Source of the DNA: Candidatus Brockarchaeota archaeon
Lineage (GTDB): Archaea; Thermoproteota; EX4484-205; JAAOZP01
DNA: 64,000 bases
NCBI GenBank assembly: GCA_017601225.1
Contig: JAFNIX010000005.1
Span: 55,831-119,830, forward strand
Direction of reading: 5' to 3'
Both the position numbers and the translations under genes were made by a program. How positions within the stretch are numbered: the stretch's first letter is position 1; each line of letters starts with the position of its first letter. Below, one piece after another: positions 47,448 through 58,380 of this stretch. The notes beneath the pieces were generated by a model. It saw nothing but the letters and a program-made list of their open reading frames with translations, searched no databases and was not told the origin of the DNA.

Positions 47448-48809
47448 ATGAAACTCGAGGAAGCTAGACGGCTTAATACTTATGGGTTTTTCGACGTGAT
47501 AGTAGCGGGTGGCGGTACTGCTGGCGCTGTGGCTGCGATAGCTGCTGCGAGAAATGGTGTGAAAACCCTTTTGGTTGAGCAATTCGGCTTTCTAGGAGGA
47601 AGCGGGTCGGCAGCGCTAGTGTTGCCGATGATGCCGAACCACATAGGGGGGAAGCCGCTTGTCAGGGGGATAAGCTGGGAGATACAGCAGCGTCTTCTAG
47701 AAATGGGTTGTGCCGCCATCGATAAAAAGGGTAATGAGGGTTGGTTTAACCCGGAGGCCTTAAAATTCGTGTTAGAGGAAATGGTTCTGGAGGCCGGTGG
47801 AAGGATTCTCTATTTCACGCTTGTAGAGGACGTTATAATGGATGGTGATGAACTCAGGGGAATAGTGGTGGTGAACAAGTCTGGAAGACAGGCTGTTTTT
47901 TCGAAAATAGTTATAGATTCGACTGGCGACGGGGATGTTGCTGCACTAGCAGGAGCCCCCTTCGAATCCGGAAGAAAGGAGGATGGGGTTAGCCAACCGA
48001 TGTCGTTAAGATTCATGGTGGGAAACGTTAACATCGATAAACTTGCTTTTTTCCTAGTTGAAAACGACAGCAGGAGCTATGTTGACCCTCCGCTAATAGA
48101 GTTCGCAATGGTACCGGGTGGAGGATGGCCGCTTGAAAAATACTTCAAGGAGGGTGTTGAAGAAGGCATTCTGGAGGATTCAGACATAGTTTATTTTCAA
48201 GCGTTCAGCGTGCCTGGGATGCCTGGGGTCATCGCGTTCAACTGTCCAAGAATCATCGGCAACTTCAAGGGATTTAACGCGGACCATCTCACGGAGGCAG
48301 TGATACAGGGCAGGAGAAGGATAAGCAGGCTTTTCAAGTTCTTGAAGAAGAAAATACCTGGCTTCGAAAACTCCTACTTGGCTATGACTGCTCCGATGGT
48401 TGGCGTAAGGGAATCTCGAAGAATAATCGGCGAGTATGTTCTTTCTGCACAGGACTATTTTAACGCTAGGAAGTTTGAAGACGCTGTTTCGAGAAACAGG
48501 TATCCGATTGACATACATCTACCAACCAGCCGTCTGCCGGGAGAGAGAAAACTAGGCCCTGAGGAGTACCATGAAATACCTTTCAGGTCAATGATACCGT
48601 TGAAGGTCGAAAACCTGATTGTTGCATGCAGGGCTCTGTCCGCATCTTTCGAAGCCCACGGTGCGATAAGGATCCAGCCAAACATGCGGGCAATAGGGCA
48701 GGCTGCAGGAGTTGCTGCCGCCCTTTGCGTTAAAAAGGATATCAGGCCCAGGCAACTGGATGGGAAGGAGCTTAGGGAAACATTGGTTCAACAGGGCGCC
48801 TATCTCTGA
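47448..48809 (+). CDS. FAD-dependent oxidoreductase (FAD_oxidored type)
   Basis: DVIVAGGGTAG..AAIAAAR, IDSTGDGD, GVRESRRI.G.Y, YPID.H, GQAAG. Confidence 0.88.
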   Translation: MKLEEARRLNTYGFFDVIVAGGGTAGAVAAIAAARNGVKTLLVEQFGFLGGSGSAALVLPMMPNHIGGKPLVRGISWEIQQRLLEMGCAAIDKKGNEGWFNPEALKFVLEEMVLEAGGRILYFTLVEDVIMDGDELRGIVVVNKSGRQAVFSKIVIDSTGDGDVAALAGAPFESGRKEDGVSQPMSLRFMVGNVNIDKLAFFLVENDSRSYVDPPLIEFAMVPGGGWPLEKYFKEGVEEGILEDSDIVYFQAFSVPGMPGVIAFNCPRIIGNFKGFNADHLTEAVIQGRRRISRLFKFLKKKIPGFENSYLAMTAPMVGVRESRRIIGEYVLSAQDYFNARKFEDAVSRNRYPIDIHLPTSRLPGERKLGPEEYHEIPFRSMIPLKVENLIVACRALSASFEAHGAIRIQPNMRAIGQAAGVAAALCVKKDIRPRQLDGKELRETLVQQGAYL

Positions 48810-48814
48810 CATTA

Positions 48815-49972
48815 TTAACTCCATCCGCAGTACTTCTTTAAAATGGTGATGAAATACTTATAGTTTTCGAGAGACACGTCGGCGGGAACAGCATGGTCGA
48901 CGCCAGGGAAATACCCTTTTCTCTTTACGAGAGGAAGAACTCTTCTATCCACTTCTTTTTTAATCATGTCCTTATCTTTAGCCAACTCTCTCTTATCTAT
49001 CCCTCCTATCATTATAAGGTTAGGATATTTTTCCCGGATCTTAACAACATCCATGCCTGCTGCAACTTCGCATGGAGATACGCCGTTAAGACCGTATTTA
49101 AGCCAGATAGGTATTAGTTGCTCAACATTTCCGTCACTATCCACTATCAGGATTTTCACGCCATGATCTCTGAAGAATCTGGCTATCTCGCCATATGCCG
49201 TTCCCATGAACTCTTCCACCGTTTTAGGTCCTATCATGGGGCCGTTCTTGTAAGCCATGTCCTCGTTTACTATCACGAAATCTAGGTCTAAATCTTCTAA
49301 AGCCCTGTGTAAAACCTTTGTTTGAAACTCAGCGCAGAAATCCATAATCTCCTTTATTAGGCCAGGGTTCTTATAGATTCCTAGCGCTATACCATTCAAA
49401 CCAACCATATCCCTGGTCCACCAAAATGGTCCTCTGATAGTAACGAATAACAGATAATCTCTGTCCCTGTGCCTTCTAACTATGGAGCTCCAATTTGCAG
49501 GGTATCTCTCGGAATCGTTAGGATCATACCGCCTCTTAATTTTCAAAAAGTCTTCGCGATCTTTGACTGGAAACTCTATCCAGCTTCTAGTCGCAAACCC
49601 GCTCCATCCGTCTTTCCAATCTTCTTGAAAGCCGATTTGAGTTATACCTAGGCTGTCAATCCAAACCCTGTGCCGTTCGTCTTCCCTTACTACCTTGTAT
49701 TCAAAGGCAGGCTTAGGACCTATGTTGATCAAACCCTGTTCTGGTTTCCAGTCGAAGCCCTCGGCTGGGAATGATGCTATGCCGACGGCTTTAACCTCAC
49801 AGTCTTTAACGCCAAGGTACTCTGCTAAATCAGCCTTTTCCGGAAGTCCCTGTTTTATCCAGTTTTTAAAAGTAGCCGGCCTAGCATTTCCCACTCCCCA
49901 AAGAGGTATTTTATCCGAGTCTTTGAAGAAAGCAACTCTAAGAAACCTCTCCTTAATCGTTAGTGACTCCAT
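48815..49972 (-). CDS. Uroporphyrinogen decarboxylase-fold (URO-D/MtaA-like) protein
   Basis: FPVK, R..VG, EDMAYKNGPMIGP, DSDGN, PCEVAAGMD, GGIDK, DH.VP.DVS.EN. Confidence 0.82.
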   Translation of the reverse strand: MESLTIKERFLRVAFFKDSDKIPLWGVGNARPATFKNWIKQGLPEKADLAEYLGVKDCEVKAVGIASFPAEGFDWKPEQGLINIGPKPAFEYKVVREDERHRVWIDSLGITQIGFQEDWKDGWSGFATRSWIEFPVKDREDFLKIKRRYDPNDSERYPANWSSIVRRHRDRDYLLFVTIRGPFWWTRDMVGLNGIALGIYKNPGLIKEIMDFCAEFQTKVLHRALEDLDLDFVIVNEDMAYKNGPMIGPKTVEEFMGTAYGEIARFFRDHGVKILIVDSDGNVEQLIPIWLKYGLNGVSPCEVAAGMDVVKIREKYPNLIMIGGIDKRELAKDKDMIKKEVDRRVLPLVKRKGYFPGVDHAVPADVSLENYKYFITILKKYCGWS

Positions 49973-50150
49973 CGGTAGGAAGCCGGTTTAAGCGAACCTA
50001 TAAAACCTTTTAGCAGGTTTTTACGAGTCCATAATACGATCAGGGGGTTAACAGGATGTTCGGCGTTTCTGAGTTCAGCAGGAACCTTAATCGTTACCAG
50101 CTTCATTACCGGCAAGTAAGAGGGTTCTTTCAGGATTCTGAAGGACTGAG

Positions 50151-51272
50151 CTACTTTAAGAAATTTGAGATTATGCCGCAGATTAGGGAAATGATTCCGA
50201 ATGAGAAGAACACTGTCTGATGGCTTCCAGAAAGCTCGTAAACGATGGATGAGGATAGAAGGGAAACTGTAACTGCAGCAGAATTCCATATGAAGCTTGA
50301 GCATATGCTTGACAATCTTCCACCCGTCTTCGTCTTCTCACCTATCCAACCATAAGCGTTAACGGGCACAGTGCTTACTTGAAATCCCAGTAATACGCAG
50401 AGAACCGCGAGGGTTACCGAGTTTAAGATGACGGAGCCTAGAAGAAGTCCAGCAGCACCTGATGAAAACGCAAGCACGAAGGTCTTTCTCCTCCCTAGGG
50501 TGTCCGAGATTCTTCCCCCATAAACGCTGAACAATGCTGAAACCAGGAAATATCCGCTTAAAATAACTCCTATCATAGAAGGTCCTAGTGTTGAAGCTAC
50601 AGCGCTGCTAACGGAGTTCATGATGATGCCGTATCCATAGTAGCCGATGAATATGAAGAAAGGTATCATCTTGTTTCCGCCTGTTACAAGCAAATCCCTT
50701 AGCTCGATTGTTTCAAAAGGGTTTCCAGCGTCGGGGCCTAGAAAGAGAATCGGGAGGAACGCAAGGATGCTCAGTAAAGTGGCTGCCAGGAAGATGAAGT
50801 CATAACCATATGTTTCCTGTACTCGGCTTAGCATAATTGTTCCGAAAAAGGTTCCAATCCCCGATCCGAAGAATATCATTCCAGAATTAGTTCCAAAGTC
50901 TTTCTCTTCAGAGAAATCGAGCGCAGTGGAGATTGTCGAAACCCAGTAGAACGTTGCTGTTACTCCCCAATATATCGATGATAGTATCAGCAGGAAATAC
51001 TCTCTTGTCAAGAAGACTGAGAGTGGGAATAAGACGTACCCTGTTAAGCCGAAGAGCCGTTTCTTTTCCCTTCTTATCTCTTTAAGAAAAACGTTTAGAA
51101 ATACTCCTAGAATTATCGATATGTATACTGTTGCCAAAACAAGTGAGCTCTGTGTTTCTGCGAAAGAGTTGCTAAGATAAGGTATAAGAAACATCTGTGA
51201 AGAGCCTGCTCCTAAGAATAGGAAACACGTAACAAGAGACAGGATGATTATCTCCTTTTTCATGATTCGCAC
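50151..51272 (-). CDS. MFS transporter
   Basis: About 12 TMs; GRISDTLGRR. Confidence 0.85.
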   Translation of the reverse strand: MRIMKKEIIILSLVTCFLFLGAGSSQMFLIPYLSNSFAETQSSLVLATVYISIILGVFLNVFLKEIRREKKRLFGLTGYVLFPLSVFLTREYFLLILSSIYWGVTATFYWVSTISTALDFSEEKDFGTNSGMIFFGSGIGTFFGTIMLSRVQETYGYDFIFLAATLLSILAFLPILFLGPDAGNPFETIELRDLLVTGGNKMIPFFIFIGYYGYGIIMNSVSSAVASTLGPSMIGVILSGYFLVSALFSVYGGRISDTLGRRKTFVLAFSSGAAGLLLGSVILNSVTLAVLCVLLGFQVSTVPVNAYGWIGEKTKTGGRLSSICSSFIWNSAAVTVSLLSSSIVYELSGSHQTVFFSFGIISLICGIISNFLK

Positions 51273-51293
51273 CTTTAACGATAGCTAGCCTGC

Positions 51294-52058
51294 TTACTTA
51301 CTGCTCTTCAAGTAGTTTCTTAGCCTTTTCAATGTTTCAATCGCTGCCTTTCTCATGAATTCCATGTCGCTGCCCACGTTGACAAGTCTGAAACCCATTT
51401 CCAAATGCTTCTCCGCATTTTCCGGACTGGAGGCTATTCCTGGACAAACCGATGTACCCCTGTGGGCTTCAACTACAATCCTTATGGCGTCGAGTACTTC
51501 AGGCTCGTTTGGATAACCCAAGTGGCCTAAGGAGGCCGATAAGTCGGCTGGACCGATAATCGTACCATCGACTCCAGGAACCGATATTATTTTCCTAAGA
51601 TTCCTTATAGCATCACCGGTCTCTATTTGAACTACAACAACCACGTTTTCATTAGCCTCCCTAACGTATTTGGTGAAATCCTGGTGCCAAACTGGTCTCC
51701 TAGGACCGCAACCCCTTATTCCCTCGGGAGGATATTTACAAGCCATTACCGCTCTCCTCGCTTCGTCCTCATTATTAACCCACGGGATTATAACGCCTGT
51801 TGGCCCAAGGTCGAGGGCCCTCTTTATGTAAACAGGGTCGTTCCATGGTACTCTGACTAGGGTTGCTGCTTCAGACTTGCCCATTGCTTGAAGTATTGTC
51901 TGAACATCTTTGAAGTCTAGGGGGCAATGCTCCATGTCTATCCAGAACCAGTCGAAACCAATGGTTCCCATGATCTCTGCAACATCTGGTTCAGGGGTCT
52001 CTATTGCCACGCCTAGTAACGCGCTTTTGCTTCTCATTTTTTCCTTGAAACTAACCAT
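51294..52058 (-). CDS. HpcH/HpaI family aldolase
   Basis: IDMEH, VRVP, ALDLG, YPP.G.RG, QIET, IGPADL. Confidence 0.92.
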   Translation of the reverse strand: MVSFKEKMRSKSALLGVAIETPEPDVAEIMGTIGFDWFWIDMEHCPLDFKDVQTILQAMGKSEAATLVRVPWNDPVYIKRALDLGPTGVIIPWVNNEDEARRAVMACKYPPEGIRGCGPRRPVWHQDFTKYVREANENVVVVVQIETGDAIRNLRKIISVPGVDGTIIGPADLSASLGHLGYPNEPEVLDAIRIVVEAHRGTSVCPGIASSPENAEKHLEMGFRLVNVGSDMEFMRKAAIETLKRLRNYLKSSK

Positions 52059-52404
52059 TTGTCTCCTTATGGCCGTTAATGATATTTTAAATCTTTTCTA
52101 AAAATTAGTGTACCGGATTAGATCGGCCTTTTTAATCGCTTTCAATGCCGCATGGTGAAACATTTAATAATAAATAATAAAGACTGAAGCCGGGAGTGTT
52201 ACGATTATTGGCAACCATGAAATATACGTGCTTATTGTCTGTCCGACTACCGTGAAAAAATCCGAGAGACACGGAGCCCACTACGAGGTGAAATTTTCCA
52301 CCTTAAGCTGAAAATCATTCCGGTAGGCTTATTCTACGAATAGGGGTTTAAAGCAAGCCTTTCACTATTTTAAGGGTTGATTACCGGCTTAACGCCAGGA
52401 GACG

Positions 52405-55400
52405 TTAAAAGCCTACTTTGAAACTATAGTTCCCTGATTGGACTCTGTATACCACGCAGCCCTCTTCAACACCGATCAGCTCAACCCCCTCGGATTTTTC
52501 AGCAGGCTTTCCACTCTCCGTCACGTTCTCCGGCTTAGTCGTCGGGATATACACCAGTGCTGAAGTATTTGTTGGAATAACAAGTTTTAGGTGAAATGTT
52601 TCTCCGGAGAACCGCCAGTCAACTGTGACTCTACCATGGATAGAGTCGTAACTCGCATAAGCATGTTCAAGCTCCCTCGAGGGCTTCGGTTTAATAACGA
52701 TGCGTTTAAACCCAACATCCTTAGCGCTTATTCCCCCTACGGTTGAGAAAAGCCATTCGCCGACGCTTCCGAAAGCATAGTGGTTAAACGAATTCATTCC
52801 AGGCTCATGGATTCCTTCTTCAGTCATGCTGTTCCATCGCTCCCAGATGGTAGTCGCCCCCAGCCTCACAGGGTAGAGCCAAGAGGGGAAGGTTTCCTGC
52901 AGGAGGAGCCTATAGGCCACGTCGGTCCTGCCGAACTTTGTGAGCGCCTGCATAAGGTGCCGCGTTCCAACGAATCCTGTAGAAAGGTGCCATCCCCGTT
53001 CCTCAATATCCCTAACCAGGTGCCTCAAAACTTTTTCCTCAACTTCCTCTGGAAGCAGTTTAAAATCAAGCGCTAGAGCGTAACAGGTCTGTGTCTCGCC
53101 CTTTATGCGCCCATCTGGTTTAACATATGCTTTGAGAAACGCGTCTCTAATATTGTTGAACAATTCTTCAAAACGTTTCGCATCCTCCGCCTTACCAATT
53201 TCATAAGCCATCTCAGCCATCAGCTTAACTACGTGGGCGAAATAGGCTGTTGCGATAACGTCTCTCGGCGTCTCCGGGCCGGCTGGAACCCAATCGCCAT
53301 ATCCTATTTCCGGTCTAAGAAACCCTACGCTGTTCTTCTCAAGGTATTCTATGTATCGACGCATGTTGTTGTAGTATAGTTGAATCACACGGGTGTCTCC
53401 GTAAAACCTCCAAAGCACGTAGGGCACGATTATCCCCGCATCTCCCCAGCAGGGTGTTCCGAATCCAGCTCCAGTCACGGGGGCAACATCAGGGTATGCG
53501 CCGTCTTCTCTCTGACCATCGTTCAGGTCGATGAGCCATTTTGTCATGAACGAAGAAATGTCTGCCAAATAGGCAGCTGTCCGAGAAAAAATCTGCGCGT
53601 CGCCTGTCCAGCCCTGACGCTCATCTCGCTGGGGGCAATCGGTCGGGACCTCGAAATAGTTGGCGCGTAGGCTCCAAACAATGTTTTCGAACAGTCTGTT
53701 CAAAAGTGGGTTTGAAGAGCGGAACTCCCCTGTTATCGGAATATCGGAGTGTAGGACGATGGCTGTTACCGCGTCTAGAAGGGGTCTCCCGGGGTAACCA
53801 GTTACTTCAACGTATCTAAAACCATGATAGGTGAATCTGGGTTCAAAAATTTCCTCAGAAGAGCCTTTGCAGAAATACACGTCGGTGGAACGTGCTCCTC
53901 TTAGGTTTGCGGTGTGCAGAGTACCGTCGGGATTTAGCACTTCGGAATATCGCAGCACGATCCTATCCCCGGGTTTAGCTTTTCTAACCCTTAGCCTCAC
54001 TGTGCCTGCCAGGTTTTGACCGAAATCGTATACGAAGACACCGGGACTAACCTCTCTGATCGATTTCGCGACCAGCTCCATCGTTCTTCTTATCGGCTCC
54101 CCAGGATGGGCTGTTACCTTTAAACCAATATCTATAATATCCTCAGTGGTAACCTTTCCCCAACCACTATCGTCAAACCAAGGTTCGTCCCATCCGTTGA
54201 TTTCAAGCCTCGCGTCGTAAGTCTCACCCATGTAATTATCAGCCTCTATGAACGGGCCGTAGGATGCTTTCCAAGTCTCGTCGCTAACGATTAGCTGTCT
54301 TTCTCCGTCAGCATATTCTATTTCAAGCTGTACGAGTAAGCGCGGTCCGCGGCCGAACCTGTTCCTTCTTCCCCAACCACCCTGGTAGCCGGAGTACCAC
54401 TCACTGTGAAGAATTGCGCCGATCGCGTTAACCCCCTGTTTAAGAAGGTTCGTAACCTCGTAAGTACGATAATATGCACGTCTTCGAAAGTCAGACCAAC
54501 CTGGTATGAAATAGTCTTCCGTAACGCGTTTCCCGTTTATGCGCAGCTCGCAGCTTCCTAACACGCTAACGTATAGAAATGCGCGTTTAACCGGCTTATC
54601 TACGTTAAACGATCTTCTTAAAAGCGGGAGTGGACGCGAGTAAGGAGGCTTTACTCCTAGAACACCCCATGGCGCTGTCTTGAAATCTCCCAGCTCTAAC
54701 GAGTAGGTCCATTCCTCATCTTTGAAATCAAGCCCGTTCCAGCCTTCCTCAGAGCACGTGTTAGCCTTCCAATTCTTATCAGTAACGACGATAAGCTGTT
54801 CTCCGTTTTCAAACTCTATGATTATCTTTCCGAGCAGACCTGCCGAACCACCTCGGTTGACGACCATCGCCGCGAAAACATTCTTCCCCGGCCGCAACCA
54901 TCGCGTGACTTCGATTATCTGCGGTTTTCCATTGTTCTCTCCAGTCCAAGCTCCGTTTACGAAAGCAGTGGCCCAATCGTCAGCTACCAGTAGAAACCTT
55001 CCACTAAGTATTTTCTTATCGCGCGGTAGATTTATTATACGACGAAAGTAGCGCGCGGCCACAGGGGCGTTCTTAAGCGGGTTGTCCTCATTAAACCAGA
55101 TCCACTTGCAGCCGTTAAAATTAGGATTCTCCCATTCGGCATATTCATCGTAGCCTATCCATTTAGCCTTCCAGTCATCCGGCTCTAACAACCCCATCTT
55201 CCAAAATGCCGGCTCACTCCATTCGGAGGGCATTCCATCCCTATCCCAAACACGCACCTTCCACCAGCATTCGCTTCGAGAAGAAAGGGGTTTTCCGGCA
55301 TACTCTATCTGACTCGTCCGGCCGGATTGAACTTTACCACTATCCCACAGGTCACCAAAATCATTATCCAAGTTCAGCCTAGTGCTGGAAACAATAATCT

Positions 55401-55530
55401 GATAAGCTGTTTGATACTGTCCTCTTTCAGGGGATTCGACAACCCAGCTTAACCGGGGTTTTGCGGTATCAATTCCAACTGGGTTACCACGGTACTCGCA
55501 ACGCAGCTTTCCAATCCTTAAGCTATTCAT
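52405..55530 (-). CDS. Alpha-L-rhamnosidase (GH78)
   Basis: PRLSW, YDFGQN, FTYHGFRY, PTDCPQRDERQGWTGD, GATTIWERW, NSFNHY. Confidence 0.93.
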   Translation of the reverse strand: MNSLRIGKLRCEYRGNPVGIDTAKPRLSWVVESPERGQYQTAYQIIVSSTRLNLDNDFGDLWDSGKVQSGRTSQIEYAGKPLSSRSECWWKVRVWDRDGMPSEWSEPAFWKMGLLEPDDWKAKWIGYDEYAEWENPNFNGCKWIWFNEDNPLKNAPVAARYFRRIINLPRDKKILSGRFLLVADDWATAFVNGAWTGENNGKPQIIEVTRWLRPGKNVFAAMVVNRGGSAGLLGKIIIEFENGEQLIVVTDKNWKANTCSEEGWNGLDFKDEEWTYSLELGDFKTAPWGVLGVKPPYSRPLPLLRRSFNVDKPVKRAFLYVSVLGSCELRINGKRVTEDYFIPGWSDFRRRAYYRTYEVTNLLKQGVNAIGAILHSEWYSGYQGGWGRRNRFGRGPRLLVQLEIEYADGERQLIVSDETWKASYGPFIEADNYMGETYDARLEINGWDEPWFDDSGWGKVTTEDIIDIGLKVTAHPGEPIRRTMELVAKSIREVSPGVFVYDFGQNLAGTVRLRVRKAKPGDRIVLRYSEVLNPDGTLHTANLRGARSTDVYFCKGSSEEIFEPRFTYHGFRYVEVTGYPGRPLLDAVTAIVLHSDIPITGEFRSSNPLLNRLFENIVWSLRANYFEVPTDCPQRDERQGWTGDAQIFSRTAAYLADISSFMTKWLIDLNDGQREDGAYPDVAPVTGAGFGTPCWGDAGIIVPYVLWRFYGDTRVIQLYYNNMRRYIEYLEKNSVGFLRPEIGYGDWVPAGPETPRDVIATAYFAHVVKLMAEMAYEIGKAEDAKRFEELFNNIRDAFLKAYVKPDGRIKGETQTCYALALDFKLLPEEVEEKVLRHLVRDIEERGWHLSTGFVGTRHLMQALTKFGRTDVAYRLLLQETFPSWLYPVRLGATTIWERWNSMTEEGIHEPGMNSFNHYAFGSVGEWLFSTVGGISAKDVGFKRIVIKPKPSRELEHAYASYDSIHGRVTVDWRFSGETFHLKLVIPTNTSALVYIPTTKPENVTESGKPAEKSEGVELIGVEEGCVVYRVQSGNYSFKVGF

Positions 55531-56425
55531 ATTGGTTAACCCACCTTCCTTTTGAAGACTCTTCGAAGGCTAGAGAATCATTGCTTTTTCGCGGTTCTTT
55601 TACATTTTTATTTGCCGACAGGATAAATTCGCAATAGGGGTCTCCTTTGGCTATGCACCTTGTTTCCTCGCCTTTCAAGTCTTCTCTAAAAAGGGAGCTG
55701 AAAAACCCTGAAAGGATGCCTCTGATGAAATGGCTTTGAGGCGCAGATTTTTCTTTAAACATGTCACACTCCCAGTTATCAAAAATCTTTATAACTGCTT
55801 TCTTCTCTTTTTCATCTAGGTGTACGATCTCCATCTTTGCCCATCCTAAAATAAGGGCTCTTTTCTTAAGTATTTCAACAGCACTAATCCCTTCAACTCC
55901 ATATTCTTTTCTATATGTCTCTAAAGTGTTCTTCCCGATTTCTCTCCCCTGATACCATACTATTGTCTGGACGATTTCGTCACCAAGAGATTTTCTTAGT
56001 CCAACCAGAAAGCCCTCTAAAACAGGTATTGGAAAAATAACTGCTCTAACTTTTCCCACTTGGAGGGGGAAATGAAAAGAATCTTCGTCAAACCATCCCG
56101 AGTGATCAAAAATCTTTATTTTTTTAACAACATCTATTTTCTCCATGTCTATTTCTTTCTCAATAAGCTTTTCTAAATCCGCTAGGTTCATCTTGGTGGG
56201 AGTCTCTAAGAACATTGAAACCTCGATCTCTTCCTTTTTTGATATTGATTCACTAAGGATCCCAACTAAGTTAAATTCATGCTTCTTTAAAATATTTAAA
56301 AATGAAGCTAATGCACCGCTTTTGTTAACCAGAGTTAATGAAATGAAGTAAATTCGATTTTCAGGATCCAATATCATCCGTGAAAGGTCTATTGGTTTAT
56401 ACTCGTTCTCTGTTGTCCTAGCCAA
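55523..56425 (-). CDS. ACT + V4R domain protein
   Basis: NKSGALAS ACT-like N-terminus; LGW, WEC, RGILSG, ETRCIAKGDPYCEF. Confidence 0.82.
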   Translation of the reverse strand: MARTTENEYKPIDLSRMILDPENRIYFISLTLVNKSGALASFLNILKKHEFNLVGILSESISKKEEIEVSMFLETPTKMNLADLEKLIEKEIDMEKIDVVKKIKIFDHSGWFDEDSFHFPLQVGKVRAVIFPIPVLEGFLVGLRKSLGDEIVQTIVWYQGREIGKNTLETYRKEYGVEGISAVEILKKRALILGWAKMEIVHLDEKEKKAVIKIFDNWECDMFKEKSAPQSHFIRGILSGFFSSLFREDLKGEETRCIAKGDPYCEFILSANKNVKEPRKSNDSLAFEESSKGRWVNQYE

Positions 56426-56488
56426 TTCAAGTCTATAAAGAGATTTAGAAAAACTATTTATTCTTTTCCCATAAAGGGATTTGCTGAA

Positions 56489-57523
56489 CTACTTCTCACA
56501 ATATTTTCGGCAATCCTCAATTATTTGCATTACTTTACGTACGCTTTCAGGCGTAACGCCTAAGGGAGCTCCCTCGCGTAGAGTCTTGTAAAGTTCCTCG
56601 TAAAATAGAGTTTCACTGCGCTTAGCATTCTCATCTAGAGCCCACTCCTCCTCTCTCCAAGGGATCTCTTCCCAATTGTAGCTGCGATCTGGAGTCGGCC
56701 TTGTTTCAACCTGTCTAGGAGGAAGATCCTTAGGGTCGAAATACTTCCACCTTATCGTGTTCCCGTTTCCCGAAAGACTTCCCTGAGTACCCATTATCAG
56801 CCAATAATCCTGAGGGTAGGCGCATGCGCGAGTAACCTCTATATCGACCTTTGTTGAGCCCGGCCCTCCTAAAATTATCTTAACATGGTCCTCAGCATCA
56901 CCCAGAGTTAGGGTCCTCTGCAGGTCGCAGAAAAATACTTCTACCTCCTCCCCTACAAGTTGAATCGCTTGGTCTATAAGATGGGAAGCATTATTGTTAA
57001 GTTCTCCCCCTCCAAACTTTTTCAAAGTCTGCCAATCCCAACGTCTTCCAAAGGAGTGCAAATATATTTTCACAAGCACTATGTGCCCAAGCTTACCGGA
57101 TCTTACTATTTCCTTAACTTTTAAGAAGTCTGGAGCGTATCTCTTGTTCTGAAATACCGTTAGTATTCTTCCAGTCTTCCTTGCAACCCTTATCATCTCG
57201 TCTGCTTCAGCCAGGCTTGTTGCCATCGGTTTCTCGCATACAACGTTTTTACCTGATTTCAACGCTTCTATGGTTTGAGAAGCATGAAGATAGCTTGGTG
57301 TTGCTATAACCACCAGTTCCACCTCTTCATCCATCAGGAGTGAATTGAAATCTTTGTATGCTCTGCAACCGAACCTGTTAACAGCCTCCTTTCTCCTCTC
57401 TTCAAGTGGGTCGAAAACTGCAACCACTCTATACATGCTGGAGCATTTCTCGAGTGCATTGGCATGAAGATCCCATCCGCTTCTCCCAAGCCCAGAGATC
57501 CCGACGTTCACCCGGCTACTCAT
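56489..57523 (-). CDS. Gfo/Idh/MocA oxidoreductase
   Basis: GLGRSG, IATPSYLH, CEKPM, GGG.L....H.ID. Confidence 0.92.
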   Translation of the reverse strand: MSSRVNVGISGLGRSGWDLHANALEKCSSMYRVVAVFDPLEERRKEAVNRFGCRAYKDFNSLLMDEEVELVVIATPSYLHASQTIEALKSGKNVVCEKPMATSLAEADEMIRVARKTGRILTVFQNKRYAPDFLKVKEIVRSGKLGHIVLVKIYLHSFGRRWDWQTLKKFGGGELNNNASHLIDQAIQLVGEEVEVFFCDLQRTLTLGDAEDHVKIILGGPGSTKVDIEVTRACAYPQDYWLIMGTQGSLSGNGNTIRWKYFDPKDLPPRQVETRPTPDRSYNWEEIPWREEEWALDENAKRSETLFYEELYKTLREGAPLGVTPESVRKVMQIIEDCRKYCEK

Positions 57524-57542
57524 TAAAGCCCCCTCCCAGTAC

Positions 57543-58301
57543 TTAGAATATCTTTAAAAGGTATTTTGCAAACTTGCAGACCCCTATTTTAGGATCTTCT
57601 TTCTCCTCATACTCTATGGAGATGAACCCATTGTAACCATTGTCTTCAAGGATCCTCTTAACCCTCTCATAGTCAACCTTCATGTTTTCAGAGATGCTCA
57701 CCTTACCATGAATGTGTACTGCATAAGGAACTGTTTTTGCAATGTCTTCATACGTGGACTCCCTGTAGTTACCCAGGTCCAAGTTAACCCTTAACCAAGG
57801 TGAACCCACGCTCTCCACAATCCTTATCACGCTGTCCGCCCTAGCCGTTATCCCTCCGTGATTCTCCAAGGCAATTACAACACCGTTTTCCTCGGCATAT
57901 TTTACACACCTCTTCAAGCCTTCTATCGTCCACATTAATGCCTGTTCCTCTGAATACCCCTCTGGCACGTAGCCACCGAAAATACGTAGAGCAGGGGCCC
58001 CAAGCTCACGGGCAATAATTGCTCCTTCCTCCACGGCCTTTATAATCCTCTCTCTTTCCAGAGGGTCCGGGTTACAGAAGTTCGTTGAGATTCCGGCGCA
58101 GGAGATGGGGAGTCCTCGTGAAAGTGCAATCCTCTTTAACTTCTTGAAATATCCTGATTCTCTTGAAGGAAGCCAGTAGAGCGTCATCTCTACTCCATCC
58201 AGACCAATTTTGTATGCTTCCTCAATGAAATCCTCGTAGCTCATTCTTCCATCCTTAAGATACTCCCTGTAAGAGTAGGCTGCACAACCGATCTTTATCA
58301 T
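57543..58301 (-). CDS. Sugar phosphate isomerase/epimerase (TIM barrel)
   Basis: DGVE, RIFGG, LENHGG, LDLGN, HIHGK, SIEYE. Confidence 0.88.
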   Translation of the reverse strand: MIKIGCAAYSYREYLKDGRMSYEDFIEEAYKIGLDGVEMTLYWLPSRESGYFKKLKRIALSRGLPISCAGISTNFCNPDPLERERIIKAVEEGAIIARELGAPALRIFGGYVPEGYSEEQALMWTIEGLKRCVKYAEENGVVIALENHGGITARADSVIRIVESVGSPWLRVNLDLGNYRESTYEDIAKTVPYAVHIHGKVSISENMKVDYERVKRILEDNGYNGFISIEYEEKEDPKIGVCKFAKYLLKIF

Positions 58302-58380
58302 TCTCCATGCGTGAGTTGAAAAAGGCTATTTATGTTTTTGTCTTCTTTATCGTCTAGCACTGGAATAAAGGCCTGTTAGG

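Noticed and set aside
50011..50032. Hairpin aaaacct-tttagc-aggtttt between the MFS and URO-D genes
   Set aside because: Short, AT-rich and single copy, so it cannot be told from promoter sequence
52060..52404. 345 bp gap as a possible ncRNA or pseudogene
   Set aside because: No tRNA, C/D-box or convincing stem pattern, only a short hydrophobic frame without a motif
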